Source: Thermoanaerobaculia bacterium
GTDB taxonomy: Bacteria > Acidobacteriota > Thermoanaerobaculia > UBA5066
DNA: 64,000 nt
Direction: 5' to 3'
Assembly (NCBI GenBank): GCA_963816185.1
Contig: CAWFJJ010000029.1
Span: 64,001-128,000, forward strand
In this document: piece after piece, positions 9,897 to 19,884 of the stretch
Layout of the letters: every line of letters starts with the position of its first letter
Position numbering within the stretch: position 1 is the stretch's first letter
Notes under the pieces: model-generated
What the model saw: only the letters and a program-made list of their open reading frames with translations
The model's database searches: none
What the model was told of the DNA's origin: nothing
Position numbers and translations under genes: made by a program

Positions 9897-11167
9897 ATGC
9901 GCCTCAAGTCCCTTTCCCCCCTCGCCTTCGCCGCCATTTCCCTGCTGCCGGCAACTCTTTTCGCGGACATCCCGGCCTCGACGCAGTGGATCGTCACGTC
10001 GGCGAAAGTCTCCGGAGGAGGCAACGATTACGTCACGTCCCTCCGCATCGTGAACCCGAATCCGGCCGCGGTCGAAGTCGACATGTATTTTCTTCCGCAG
10101 ACGCCGCTCGACGCCTCGAACAGCGCGCTCTCCGACAACAGCGCGGCTCCCAAGGTGGCCGTGACCGTGCCCGCGAACTCCACCCTCGCCCTGGACGACC
10201 TCCTCGCCTCGAAGTTCGGCACGGCCGGCGCCGGAGGCATCCGCATCGACTCGTTCGCGGCGACGGGCGGACTGAATCCCGACCCCGCGGGCGTCTGGGC
10301 GCTCTCGCAGACGCTCGTCGTGAACGCGAAGAATCAGGCGGGAACACCCGGCACGAACGGCTTCGCGATCCCCTCGCAGAACAACGAACAGGTCGTGGCC
10401 CTCGGCGAGACGGCTTACGTGCCGTACATCTCGGGCTCCCCGACGACCAACCCGCCGAGCGGATACCGCACGAACCTCTTTCTCCTGTCCACGAACGCGA
10501 CGGGCACGACCGGCGTCACGGTGACGCTCCGCAAGGGCGACGGGACCTCGCTCGGCTCGAAGAACATCACTCTCGGAAAGCTCTCGCAGACGCAGATCAA
10601 CAACATCGCGAGCTTCTTCGGATACGTCCCCGCCGCGAGCGACACGAACCTGACCGCTCTCGTGACGGTCACGAGCGGCGGACCCGTCGCGACCGGCGCC
10701 TCCATCATCGACAACGCGATCGGGTCCATCAGCTACGCCCCGCCCGTGAAGATGCCCGTCGCGAACAACGGCGCGTACGGCCTCATCCTGAACGACGGGT
10801 TCGGCTTTTCGGGGCGTGCGGAGATCTTCCAGGGCTCGTTCGACTACCTCAGCGCGGGGATCGTGATCGACGCTTGCGGCGGCCAGCCGACGCTCTTCTT
10901 CGTTCAGGGCTCGGAACGCCGGGACCCATCCAGAACACGACCTTCACGAAGAACGCCGATGGCAGCACGTCCTTCGCGGGAACCCAGGCCGACGGCTCCG
11001 GCGCCACGGCGGCGACGTTCAGCGGAACGATCCAGACGTACTTCGACGGCACCGTCTACGGCAGCCTGACGTACACGCGCGCCAGCGGAACCGCCGGCAA
11101 CCCTTGCCCCGCCGCGACCGTGACGTACTCCTTCACCGGCGCCAAGGGCCTGGACCTCACTCCGTGA
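9897..11167 (+). CDS. Secreted hypothetical protein (apparent -1 frameshift near 10910)
   Basis: Signal peptide, SD-like GAGG, T/S/G/N-rich beta-type sequence; continues GLGTPGPIQNTTFTK in another frame. Confidence 0.7.
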
Positions 11168-11556
11168 AGGCCGGCTTCGCCAGGCTCGCCCTCGTGAACG
11201 CGGCTGCTCTCGCCATTCTCGCGGCGACCGCGACGTCTCCCGCTTCCGCGGCGGACCTCTACGGCAAGCCGCTCCGCGGACTGTCGCCGGTTTCGGTCGC
11301 GGCCATCGTCAAGGATCCCGCGCGCTATTCCGCGAAGACGGTCCGCGTGGAAGGCGTGAACGCGGGAGCCGCCGGCCGGCCCGCGCTGAAGGATGGAGGC
11401 GCGGTCCTGCCCCTCGTCTCCGATGGGTCCTTCAAGCTCCCCCCGGACCTCGCGGGCGGGATCCTCGCAGCCGAGGGGCGCGCCCGCGCCACCGAGACCG
11501 GAGCCGTCTTCGTGGCCTCCGGCGTCGAGGTGCGGCGCGAGGGCCCCGCCCGATGA
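11164..11556 (+). CDS. Hypothetical exported protein (possible OB-fold)
   Basis: GTGA overlap with upstream stop, signal peptide ending ASA-AD. Confidence 0.6.
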   Translation: MKAGFARLALVNAAALAILAATATSPASAADLYGKPLRGLSPVSVAAIVKDPARYSAKTVRVEGVNAGAAGRPALKDGGAVLPLVSDGSFKLPPDLAGGILAAEGRARATETGAVFVASGVEVRREGPAR

Positions 11557-12089
11557 GACGGTCTCGCTCGTTCCCGACGGCCTTCGCGGCTCCCGTCGTC
11601 CTTCTCGGGTTGATCCTCACGGGGGCGTGCCGCGCGCCCGAGGAGACCCGCTCCCTCAACTTCGACCCCGAGACGACGACGGGCGCGCTCGGCGCGGGCT
11701 GGGACGGCTTCGAGAAGACCGACCTCGGCGACACGTTCGTCTGGGCCCACGGCCGCGAGGCGCGCGTCTCGATCGTGAGTCGCGCCGACGGCGACCGCCT
11801 CGTGCGCTTCCGGTGCTGGCCGTTCTCCTTTCCGGGGGCGCCGCCGCAGACGCTCACGCTGTTCGTGAACGACCAGCGAACCGAGATGCTCACGCTCGGC
11901 GGCGAGGCGCGTGTCTACGCGATCGCCGTCCCGCGCGCGTTCTGGAAGAGGGGCACGAACGAGCTCAAGTTCGTCTTCGCGTACGCCGAGTCCCCCAAGG
12001 ACCGCGTGAGCGGCGCCACGGACGAGCGCACGCTCTCGGCCGCGTTCGACTGGCTCGAGATTCTGCGCCCGCAGCCTGCGAAGAGCTGA
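11553..12089 (+). CDS. Hypothetical lipoprotein
   Basis: Lipobox LTGAC, ATGA overlap, typical codon usage. Confidence 0.7.
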   Translation: MRRSRSFPTAFAAPVVLLGLILTGACRAPEETRSLNFDPETTTGALGAGWDGFEKTDLGDTFVWAHGREARVSIVSRADGDRLVRFRCWPFSFPGAPPQTLTLFVNDQRTEMLTLGGEARVYAIAVPRAFWKRGTNELKFVFAYAESPKDRVSGATDERTLSAAFDWLEILRPQPAKS

Positions 12090-12095
12090 CCGGCC

Positions 12096-12848
12096 CTACT
12101 TCTCGTCCACCGGAACCTGCGAGGAGACGAGGCTCGGGTAGCGGGTCCTGAAATACGCGAAGAGCTCCGCCACTTTCGTGTCCTCGCCCTGCTCCCAGGC
12201 GAGGTCGCGGAAGCGGTATTCCTGACCCTTCGTCTTCACGACCCACTCGAAGCACTCGTTGCCGCCGGATTTCTTGAGACACGTGAGCTGCTGCTCGGTC
12301 ATCTGCTTCGCCGTCAGGAGGACGTTCTTCGCCGCGTTGCGCGCGTCCGTCCAGCGCAGCGTCTCGTCCTTGAACTCGAGGACGCCGGGATCCCAACGGC
12401 TCTTGAGCAGGACGATGCCGCTGTTGCGCCGCGCGAGCCCTTCCCACCGCATGGCCGCCGCCGGGGTGGGGGTCGGAGGCGGTGTTGCGAGGGCCTCGGC
12501 GGCGGGAACGGCGGCGGGCGTGGCGACGGCCTGCTTGTGCTCGGAGACGGCCGAGATGAGGCTTTCCGGAAGGCCCGCGTTCCGCAGTTTGACGATGTCC
12601 TCCGCCGAGAGATCCTTCGCGATGTCGGCGCCGGAGATGTATTTCTTGAGGAAATCCTCCGAGAGGTTCGCCTTCCAGAGCTTGATGAGGTTGTCGACGA
12701 GACTGGGCGTGGGCGTGGGGGGCGCCTCCACGACCGTCGAACCGGCCGAAGGCGGCGCGGGAGAGGGCGTCGGTGTCGATCCGGGCTGCTGCCCCAGAAG
12801 GGTCGACGTCGCGAAGAGACCTGCCATCGCAGTCAGAAGTAGCTTCAT
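12096..12848 (-). CDS. Hypothetical secreted protein with Pro/Thr-rich linkers
   Basis: Signal peptide MKLLLTAMAG, SD GGAGG upstream. Confidence 0.75.
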   Translation of the reverse strand: MKLLLTAMAGLFATSTLLGQQPGSTPTPSPAPPSAGSTVVEAPPTPTPSLVDNLIKLWKANLSEDFLKKYISGADIAKDLSAEDIVKLRNAGLPESLISAVSEHKQAVATPAAVPAAEALATPPPTPTPAAAMRWEGLARRNSGIVLLKSRWDPGVLEFKDETLRWTDARNAAKNVLLTAKQMTEQQLTCLKKSGGNECFEWVVKTKGQEYRFRDLAWEQGEDTKVAELFAYFRTRYPSLVSSQVPVDEK

Positions 12849-12935
12849 CCTTAAACCTCCGAGAAGACTCGTCGGATCCTACAGGAGGCGGCTGCGCGCC
12901 ACGCCACCCGAGACGCAAACTTGTATTCTCTCCCG

Positions 12936-13694
12936 ATGGCAGCCTGGAGGGGACCGTTTTCCGCGGCTCTTCTCGCCGCGTGCTTCGTGCCCGCCCCCGC
13001 CTGCGCCCAGACGGATCCCTGGGCGGCGCGCGTCCGCTCGCGCTCGGACACGGCGCTCGCCACTTTTCAGGGCGTCGACTGCGTCTCGATCCGCGCGCCG
13101 AGGGCGATCGTGTGGCGGCTGCTCGTCGCGCCCGAGTACGCTGCGAAGTGGTTCTTCGCCGGCGTGCCGAACCTCCTGCCGCGCGGGGCGCGCTACAAGA
13201 AAGGGCCCACGGCCGAAAAAGGCGATGTCCTCACGTTGGATGCGACGACGCTCGAAGGGCCTCGTCATCTCGAGATGGTCGTCCTCGCGGCGGTACCGGG
13301 CCAGCTTCTCTCGTTTCTCGTGAAGTCCGACGGCGCCGACCTTCTCGGCAAGGGGATCGAGAAGCTCTCCCTCACCTTCGTGCTCGACACGCCGGTGAGC
13401 GGGACGACGGACCTCTACCTCGCGATGCATTACGACCCGGACTCGCCGTTCTCGGCGATCCTGTCGCCCGCCGCCGTGCGCCACCAGCACGAGAGGAGGC
13501 AGGCCTCGCTCAACATGTTCCAGATGCTCGCCGAAGAAGCGGCGCGCCTGAAAGACCCTCCGCTTCACGATGTGCCGACTGTCAGAAGCCGGCGCTCCCC
13601 GCGCGCCCCGCAAATGAAGACCGGCGTTTTTCGAGCGGTGAAGGGGGCAAGGGGAAAACACGACCGTGTTTCCCCGATTACTGGCAGATTCTAG
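12936..13694 (+). CDS. Exported SRPBCC/START-like domain protein; C-terminus formed by repeat A
   Basis: Signal peptide; VSIRAPRAIVWRLL...AKWF is a typical SRPBCC start. Confidence 0.55.
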   Translation: MAAWRGPFSAALLAACFVPAPACAQTDPWAARVRSRSDTALATFQGVDCVSIRAPRAIVWRLLVAPEYAAKWFFAGVPNLLPRGARYKKGPTAEKGDVLTLDATTLEGPRHLEMVVLAAVPGQLLSFLVKSDGADLLGKGIEKLSLTFVLDTPVSGTTDLYLAMHYDPDSPFSAILSPAAVRHQHERRQASLNMFQMLAEEAARLKDPPLHDVPTVRSRRSPRAPQMKTGVFRAVKGARGKHDRVSPITGRF

Positions 13695-13737
13695 GCCGCC
13701 CCTTCTGGTGTGGACCGCGCAGCGGTCTGCGGCCTAG
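13622..13737 (+). repeat. Palindromic repeat family A, copy 2
   Basis: Matches 8203-8275; followed by CTAGGCCGC...GCGGCCTAG. Confidence 0.85.
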
Positions 13738-14789
13738 AGAATGACGCCTTTCAAGGGCACCTTCACGTCGCTCTTGGTCTTGTCCGTCGTCTTGATGTGG
13801 AGCTCACCCTCGAAGACGCCCTTCTTGATCTTCTGGTCGACCGTGAGCACGACCTGCACGCGCGACTTGTCGACGGGCACGATCTCGGCGGAGATGCCCG
13901 GCACGTTCGTCTCGACCTTCGTGACGGCGAAGGTCGCCGCCTGCGCGTTGTTGTTGACGATCATGACGTTCCGCTTCACGGCATCGCCCTTCGGATCGAA
14001 GTTCCCGAAGTTGATGGAGACCGGCGTGACCGAGACGGGGGGCTTCACGAAGCCCGACACCGCAATCTCCATCTCGGGCTGCCTCTTGACGCCGGTTGCG
14101 ACCTTCACGATTCCGCCGAGGATCCCCTCCGGCGCATCGGGTGCGGCCGTCAGGGTGATCTTCCACTGATTCGGGTTCTTGTCCTTGATGAGTTCCTTCT
14201 CGGGCACCGGAGCAACCGTGGCCTTGAGGAAGGAGTTGGGGGAATCGACCCTCGTCGGCTTGAAGTCCGGCTCGTCCGACACGAGGATGACCTCGGACGA
14301 GGCCGGCTCGCCCGAGAGCGCCGTGATACGGAAGAAGCCGTACGGCAGCGCTTCGACGAAAGGCTTCACATTTGCGGAGAGAAAGAGCGTCATCTGCGGC
14401 ATCGACGGGTCGTCCGTCATGAGAAGCGCCGTCTTCGAGATGGGCCCGGAGAAATTCTTCGTGTCGACCGTGAGGGTGACCTTCCCCTCGCCGCCGGGCT
14501 TGATCACCTTGTCGAACTCCGGCACGGTGCAGCCGCACGAGGGCTTGACGTCCGTGACGTGGAGATCGGACTTGCCGGTGTTCTTCAGGATGAACACGTG
14601 CTTGATGGGCTCGCCCTTCGGCACCGTTCCGATGTCCTTCCTGTCCTCGGGGACGACGAGCTTCGGCCCGTTTGCCGGGTCGGCTTTGGCAGGAGGCGGA
14701 GCCTGCGCGAGGAGGGCCGGGGCGAAGGCGAGCGTGACGGCCGCGGCCAGAGCGGCGGCGATCCGGGGGCGCATTCGGGAGAGAGACAT
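13734..14789 (-). CDS. DUF1573 domain-containing secreted protein
   Basis: Signal peptide, FILKNTGKSDL, VKPSCGCT, IKPGGEG. Confidence 0.85.
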   Translation of the reverse strand: MSLSRMRPRIAAALAAAVTLAFAPALLAQAPPPAKADPANGPKLVVPEDRKDIGTVPKGEPIKHVFILKNTGKSDLHVTDVKPSCGCTVPEFDKVIKPGGEGKVTLTVDTKNFSGPISKTALLMTDDPSMPQMTLFLSANVKPFVEALPYGFFRITALSGEPASSEVILVSDEPDFKPTRVDSPNSFLKATVAPVPEKELIKDKNPNQWKITLTAAPDAPEGILGGIVKVATGVKRQPEMEIAVSGFVKPPVSVTPVSINFGNFDPKGDAVKRNVMIVNNNAQAATFAVTKVETNVPGISAEIVPVDKSRVQVVLTVDQKIKKGVFEGELHIKTTDKTKSDVKVPLKGVIL

Positions 14790-14928
14790 CGGGAACTCCT
14801 TCGGAAAATGCCGGGCGGGATATCGCCCTTTGGGGTTGCGAGTATACGTGCGCGCGCCCCGACAGGCGCCCCCAAGCGCCAACGGGGCAGTTCGAGAGGG
14901 CCAGCAGTGGCCCTAGCAAGGGCTGGGC

Positions 14929-15798
14929 CTAGGCCTCTTCCAGCGTGCCTTCGAAGACGACGCGCGCGTCGCCCGTGAGCGTGAGGTCGCGGGCGACTTC
15001 GCCGTCCCTCACGAAGGACACCCAGAGCGTCTCACCCGAGCGCGTCGAGACCGCGACCGGTGGAGCGGAGCCCGTCAGGAAGCTCGTCATGACCGCCGAC
15101 GCGACCGCGCCGGAGCCGCACGCGAGCGTCTCGGCTTCGACCCCCCGCTCCCAGGTCCGAACGGCGATCCGCGAAGCAGAGAGCATCTTGACGAAATTCG
15201 CGTTCGCGCCCTCGCGCATCGCGGGATGACGCCGGTTGAGGGGCCCGAGGATCGACAGATCGAGCGCGTCGAGGTCGACGTCCGTCTTCACATACAGAAT
15301 GACGTGCGGCACGCCCACGACGAGCGCGAAGGCGTCGCGCTCGAGTATCCCGCCCGTCGCGTCGAGCGACGGCACGGAGCGCCCCACGGCCACCGGCTCG
15401 GGCAGCGCGAGCGCGACGCTCCCGTCGGCATGCACGGTCGCGCCGACGGCGCCCCAACCCGTCGCGACGACGAGCGAGGGCCCGGCGAGGCCGCGAAGGA
15501 AAGCAAACCGCGCCGCGCACCGCGTTCCGTTTCCGCAGAACCGTCCCACCGAGCCGTCCGCGTTGACGTAATCGGCCACGACCCTCGAAGAGGGGTCTCC
15601 TTCACGCTCCGCAAAGACGAACAAGACTCCATCCGCGCCGACACTCGTGCCGCGACGACAGAGCCGGCGAATCGCCTCGGTCTCCTTCGGGCCTCTCTCG
15701 ACGCGCGCGCCGAAGACGAGGAAGTCGTTTCCGGCTCCGCTCATCTTCGTGAACGCGAGCGGCAGCGAGCCGAACGGCGCCGGGGTCTCGCGGGTCAC
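14929..15798 (-). CDS. dapF: Diaminopimelate epimerase
   Basis: FTKMSGAGNDF, GADG, FCGNGTRC, GVPH, ERGVEAETLACGSG. Confidence 0.92.
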   Translation of the reverse strand: MTRETPAPFGSLPLAFTKMSGAGNDFLVFGARVERGPKETEAIRRLCRRGTSVGADGVLFVFAEREGDPSSRVVADYVNADGSVGRFCGNGTRCAARFAFLRGLAGPSLVVATGWGAVGATVHADGSVALALPEPVAVGRSVPSLDATGGILERDAFALVVGVPHVILYVKTDVDLDALDLSILGPLNRRHPAMREGANANFVKMLSASRIAVRTWERGVEAETLACGSGAVASAVMTSFLTGSAPPVAVSTRSGETLWVSFVRDGEVARDLTLTGDARVVFEGTLEEA

Positions 15799-17018
15799 TT
15801 CGCGGTCCCGATCGCGCTTTCGTTCCCCGACTTGTCCACGGCCGTCACGCCGTATTCGCCGGCCGCCGAGCCCGCGTCGAAGTAGACGGGATCCTTCAGG
15901 TCCTGCGCAATCACCTTCCACGAGCCGTTCTCGCGGCGATAGACGCGATAGGAGGCGAGGTCCCCCGCGAGGCTCGGGTTCCACACGAGGCGTGTGCCGC
16001 CCGCCTCGGAGAGGATGAGCACGCCTTCCGGAGCGTCCGGCGGAAATACGTCAGCCGTCGAAACGGGCACCTCGTCGGACGCCGGGCCGAGAATGAGCGG
16101 CTGCTCCGCGACGGGCGCCGCGCGCACGGTGTAGACGTACTTCCGGTCGGGCACGACGGTCGCGTCGACGTACGTCGTCGTGCCGATGGCGACGCCCAGC
16201 GGGCGGTCCTCGTATTCCTCGTCCCGCGCGTCCCGCCGGTAGACCGCGTAGCCCGCGACCTTCGCGGGGCGCGTGCCGTCGAGCATGGCGACGGGGGCTC
16301 TCCAGTCGAGGCACACGCGCGCCTCCTCGACGGTCGGCACGAGCAGGAACGGCCGGCCCGGCGGGACGCGCGGCATGAGCGCGACCAGCGGCGACAGCTC
16401 GGAGGCCTTCTTGCGGTCGCGCGTGGCCGTCACGCCGTACCTCAGGAACACGCGCCCGACGCGTCCCTCGCGGTAGAGAGCCACGAGCGGATCCCTCACG
16501 ACGACGTCCGGCCCCGCCGTGGCCGCGTCGAGGTCCGTTCGCGTGAGCTTTTGGATCGCCTCGGCGCGCGCGCGGAATCCCTTCTCCTCGAGCGCGCGGG
16601 CCGCCGCGTCTTTCGCCGCCTCCGGCGGCCTTTCGCCTTCCCGCGCCCCGACGATCTCGCGGTAAACCGTCACGCCCGTGAGATTCGTGAGCGTCTCGCC
16701 TGCATTCGTCTTCGACGGAAAGGGGAACCTCAGGACGACGTCCGAGCCTTCCTGCGAGAGGCGCACGGGCTCGATGCGGGCGGGCAGGACCTGAAGCGGC
16801 GGCTCTGGCGCGATCTTTCGTCCGCAGCCCTGAAGGAGAACAAACGAAAGAAAAAAGAGAAGAAGAGAGAATTCTCTTCTGATATGCGGCGGCTGCAATT
16901 GCAGCCGCCGATAGATGAGAAATCTTCTGCCCGAATGGCCGATGTCAAGGGCGCGCTTCGCGCGCCGCGCAGCGGTCAAGGACCCTTGACATCGGTCATT
17001 CGGGAAATACGTGTGCAT
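15795..17018 (-). CDS. Lipoprotein with fibronectin type III-like domains (start uncertain; possibly TTG near 16898)
   Basis: Lipobox LLQGC-GRK, repeated GYAVYRR/SYRVYRR, YGVTAVDKSGNES. Confidence 0.75.
   Translation of the reverse strand: MHTYFPNDRCQGSLTAARRAKRALDIGHSGRRFLIYRRLQLQPPHIRREFSLLLFFLSFVLLQGCGRKIAPEPPLQVLPARIEPVRLSQEGSDVVLRFPFPSKTNAGETLTNLTGVTVYREIVGAREGERPPEAAKDAAARALEEKGFRARAEAIQKLTRTDLDAATAGPDVVVRDPLVALYREGRVGRVFLRYGVTATRDRKKASELSPLVALMPRVPPGRPFLLVPTVEEARVCLDWRAPVAMLDGTRPAKVAGYAVYRRDARDEEYEDRPLGVAIGTTTYVDATVVPDRKYVYTVRAAPVAEQPLILGPASDEVPVSTADVFPPDAPEGVLILSEAGGTRLVWNPSLAGDLASYRVYRRENGSWKVIAQDLKDPVYFDAGSAAGEYGVTAVDKSGNESAIGTAK
16867..17009. repeat. Double-hairpin repeat family B, copy 1
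   Basis: Perfect 24-nt palindrome 16887-16910; 22-bp stem 16930-16951/16983-17004; homologous to 58012-58156. Confidence 0.85.
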
Positions 17019-17030
17019 TTCCGATCCCAG

Positions 17031-18395
17031 TTACAACACGAAACGCGAGAGGTCGCGGTCCCTGACGAGGCCCTGGAGCGCCCGCTCGACGTAGGGCTTG
17101 TCCACGACGATGCGCGCGCCCGCGGCGTCCGGCCCCGCGAAGGAGATCTCCTCGAGCACGGTCTCGAGGATCGTGTGAAGACGCCGGGCGCCGATGTTCT
17201 CGAGGTTTCGGTTCACCTCGGCCGCGGCCTTCGCGATCTCCCCGAGGCCGTCGTCCGCGAAGACGAGCTCGATGCCGTCGGCCGAGAGCAGCGCGGCCGA
17301 CTGCTTCGGGAGCGCGTGCTCCGGCTCGGTGAGGATGCGCAGAAAGTCCTCGTCCGTGAGCGAGTCGAGCGCGACCCGGATCGGAAAGCGGCCCTGCAGC
17401 TCGGGGATCATGTCCGACGGCTTCGCGACGTGGAAAGCGCCTGCCGCAATGAAGAGGACGTGGTCCGTCTTCACCATCCCGTGCTTCGTCTTCACCGTCG
17501 TTCCCTCGACGAGCGGGAGGAGATCCCGCTGGACGCCTTCTCGCGAGACGTCGGGCCCGCCGCGCGCTCCCTCCTTGCCCGCGATCTTGTCGATCTCGTC
17601 CAGGAAGACGATCCCCGTTTCTTCCGCGCGCCTCACGGCCTCCTCGGGCACGGTCGCCTCGTCGGTCAGCCCGTCGGCCTCGCGCGCCACGAGAAGCGGG
17701 CGAGCGTCGGACACGGGCAGCTTCACCTTCTTCTTCCTCTGCGGGCCGAAGAGATTCGGGAGCATGCTCGGGAGGTCGATCCCCATCTCCTCGATGCCTT
17801 GCGGCGTCATCACGGAGATCTGCGGCGTCCGTTCGTCCGTCACCTCGAGCTCGACCTCGCGCGCCTCGTGCTTGCCGTCCTTGAGGTCGCGGCGGATCCG
17901 GTCCCTTCCGTCCTGCAGGCCTGCGCTCGCTCCCGGATCCGCGCGGCCCGCCGTTGGGGCCGACAAAGCCGTCACGAGGAGGTCCACGAGCCGCTCCTCC
18001 GCCGCGGCGGTCGCGCGGTCCGCGACCCGCGCCCGGCGCTCGTCTTTCACGAGCCGGACCGCCGCCTCGACGAGATCGCGCGCGATGGAGTCGACGTCGC
18101 GGCCGACGTACCCCACCTCCGTGAACTTCGAGGCCTCGACCTTCACGAAGGGCGCGTCCACGAGGCGGGCGAGGCGCCGCGCGATCTCGGTCTTGCCGAC
18201 GCCCGTTGGGCCGATCATGAGGATGTTCTTCGGCATCGTGTCGCGCTGGAGCTCGGGGGTGAGGCGCTGGCGGCGCCAGCGGTCTCGGAGGGCGATCGCG
18301 ACGGCACGCTTCGCCTTTGTCTGCCCGACGACGTGGCGGTCGAGCTCGGCCACGATCTTCCGCGGGGAGAGGTCCTTGAGGAGGTGCGGCGTCAC
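17031..18395 (-). CDS. hslU: ATP-dependent protease ATPase subunit HslU
   Basis: [46 protein letters not shown]. Confidence 0.97.
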   Translation of the reverse strand: MTPHLLKDLSPRKIVAELDRHVVGQTKAKRAVAIALRDRWRRQRLTPELQRDTMPKNILMIGPTGVGKTEIARRLARLVDAPFVKVEASKFTEVGYVGRDVDSIARDLVEAAVRLVKDERRARVADRATAAAEERLVDLLVTALSAPTAGRADPGASAGLQDGRDRIRRDLKDGKHEAREVELEVTDERTPQISVMTPQGIEEMGIDLPSMLPNLFGPQRKKKVKLPVSDARPLLVAREADGLTDEATVPEEAVRRAEETGIVFLDEIDKIAGKEGARGGPDVSREGVQRDLLPLVEGTTVKTKHGMVKTDHVLFIAAGAFHVAKPSDMIPELQGRFPIRVALDSLTDEDFLRILTEPEHALPKQSAALLSADGIELVFADDGLGEIAKAAAEVNRNLENIGARRLHTILETVLEEISFAGPDAAGARIVVDKPYVERALQGLVRDRDLSRFVL

Positions 18396-18934
18396 GGGAG
18401 GGTCTCGACGCGGATCACGTCGTTCGTGTAGATGTCGATCGACGCCGCGATCGAAAGGGACTCCTTCACGATCGCGGCCGCGTCGAGGGCCGAGTGGCGG
18501 AGCAGCGCGCGGGCCGCCGCCGACGCGTACGGGCCGCCGGAGCCCACGGCGATCACGCCTTCGTCCGGCGCGATGACGTCGCCCGTCCCCGAGAGGAGGA
18601 GCGAGATCTTCTCGTCGGCCACGACGAGGAGGGCCTCGAGCTGGCGGAGCGTCTTTTCGGTGCGCCAGTCCGTCGCGAGCTCCACGGCCGCTCGCTCGAG
18701 CTGGCCGTGGAACTCCTCGAGCTTTCGCTCGAACCGCGTGAAGAGGGTCACGGCGTCGGCCGTCGAGCCGGCGAAGCCCGCGAGGACCCTTCCGTTCAAG
18801 AGCCGGCGCACTTTCGAGGCGCCGCTCTTCATGACAGTCGTCCCCATCGTGACCTGGCCGTCCCCGCCGAGCGCGACGATTCCGTCCTTTCTCACGCAGA
18901 GAATGGTCGTGTGCACGAAGCGTGGTCTGCCCAT
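18392..18934 (-). CDS. hslV: ATP-dependent protease subunit HslV
   Basis: TTILCVRK...[22 protein letters not shown]. Confidence 0.97.
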   Translation of the reverse strand: MGRPRFVHTTILCVRKDGIVALGGDGQVTMGTTVMKSGASKVRRLLNGRVLAGFAGSTADAVTLFTRFERKLEEFHGQLERAAVELATDWRTEKTLRQLEALLVVADEKISLLLSGTGDVIAPDEGVIAVGSGGPYASAAARALLRHSALDAAAIVKESLSIAASIDIYTNDVIRVETLP

Positions 18935-18951
18935 GCCCCGAGTCTAGCCCG

Positions 18952-19884
18952 TCAGTCTCTCTCCTCGGCCTTCGGGTGGCTCTTGCGGTAGACCTCGATG
19001 AGGCGCTCTGCGTCGAGGTGCGTGTAGCGCTGCGTCGTCGAGAGCGAGGCGTGGCCGAGGAGCTCCTGGATGGAGCGGAGGTCCGCGCCGGCGGCGAGGA
19101 GATGCGTCGCGAACGAGTGCCGGAGCGCGTGCGGCGAGGCGTGGCGAGGCACGGCGGCCGCCGCGAGAGCCCGATCGAGGATCCGCCGCACGCTGCGGTC
19201 CGTCAGGCGGCCGGCGCGCGCGTTCAGGAACAGGATCTCGGCGTCCCGCGACGCGGGCGCGAAGGTCGCCCGTTCCTTCAGCCAGGCACGAAGCGCCGCG
19301 GCGGCGGGCTGGCCGAAGGGCACGACGCGCTCCTTGCGCCCTTTCCCGACCGTGCGCACCTGCCGCACGGACAGATCGACGTCCTCGAGACGCAGCCCCA
19401 CGAGCTCGGAGACGCGGAGCCCCGTCGCGTAGAGGAGCTCGAGGAGAGCCCGATCGCGGGCGCCGAGCGCTCCCTCGCGCCCCCTCGCCTCGACGACCGC
19501 TCCGGCTTCGGCGACGGACAGGGTTCGCGGGAGCGTCTTCTCGCGTCGGGGCATCCCGACCGCCTTCGCCGGGTTCTTTGCCATCCGGCCCTCGCGCTTG
19601 AGGAACGCGAAGAACGTCCGGAGCGCCGAGAGATGACGTCCGATCGACGTCTTCGAGATCCCTTCGGATCGCAGGTAGGCGAGATAGGACCGCACCGCGA
19701 GGGGATCCACGTCCCCGGTGTCGAGCGCGGCCTCCGGCCGGTTCCGGAAGACAGCCGAAAGAAACGCCGTGAAGCGCGCGAGATCCGCGCCGTACGCGGA
19801 CCGGGTGTGGGGGGAGACGCGGCGCTCGTCCCTCAAATGGCGGTCGAACGCCGAAATCTCCGAGACGAGGGAGCCGGCCTTTAC
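18952..19884 (-). CDS. xerC: Tyrosine recombinase XerC (start codon uncertain)
   Basis: RDRALLELLYATGLRVSEL, GKGRKER, HALRHSFATHLL, LLGHASLSTTQRY; position next to hslVU. Confidence 0.9.
   Translation of the reverse strand, partial: VKAGSLVSEISAFDRHLRDERRVSPHTRSAYGADLARFTAFLSAVFRNRPEAALDTGDVDPLAVRSYLAYLRSEGISKTSIGRHLSALRTFFAFLKREGRMAKNPAKAVGMPRREKTLPRTLSVAEAGAVVEARGREGALGARDRALLELLYATGLRVSELVGLRLEDVDLSVRQVRTVGKGRKERVVPFGQPAAAALRAWLKERATFAPASRDAEILFLNARAGRLTDRSVRRILDRALAAAAVPRHASPHALRHSFATHLLAAGADLRSIQELLGHASLSTTQRYTHLDAERLIEVYRKSHPKAEERD

Noticed and set aside
18952-19884. Tyrosine recombinase as integron or prophage integrase
   Set aside because: Typical XerC size and hslVU context; no cassette array, att sites or phage genes seen
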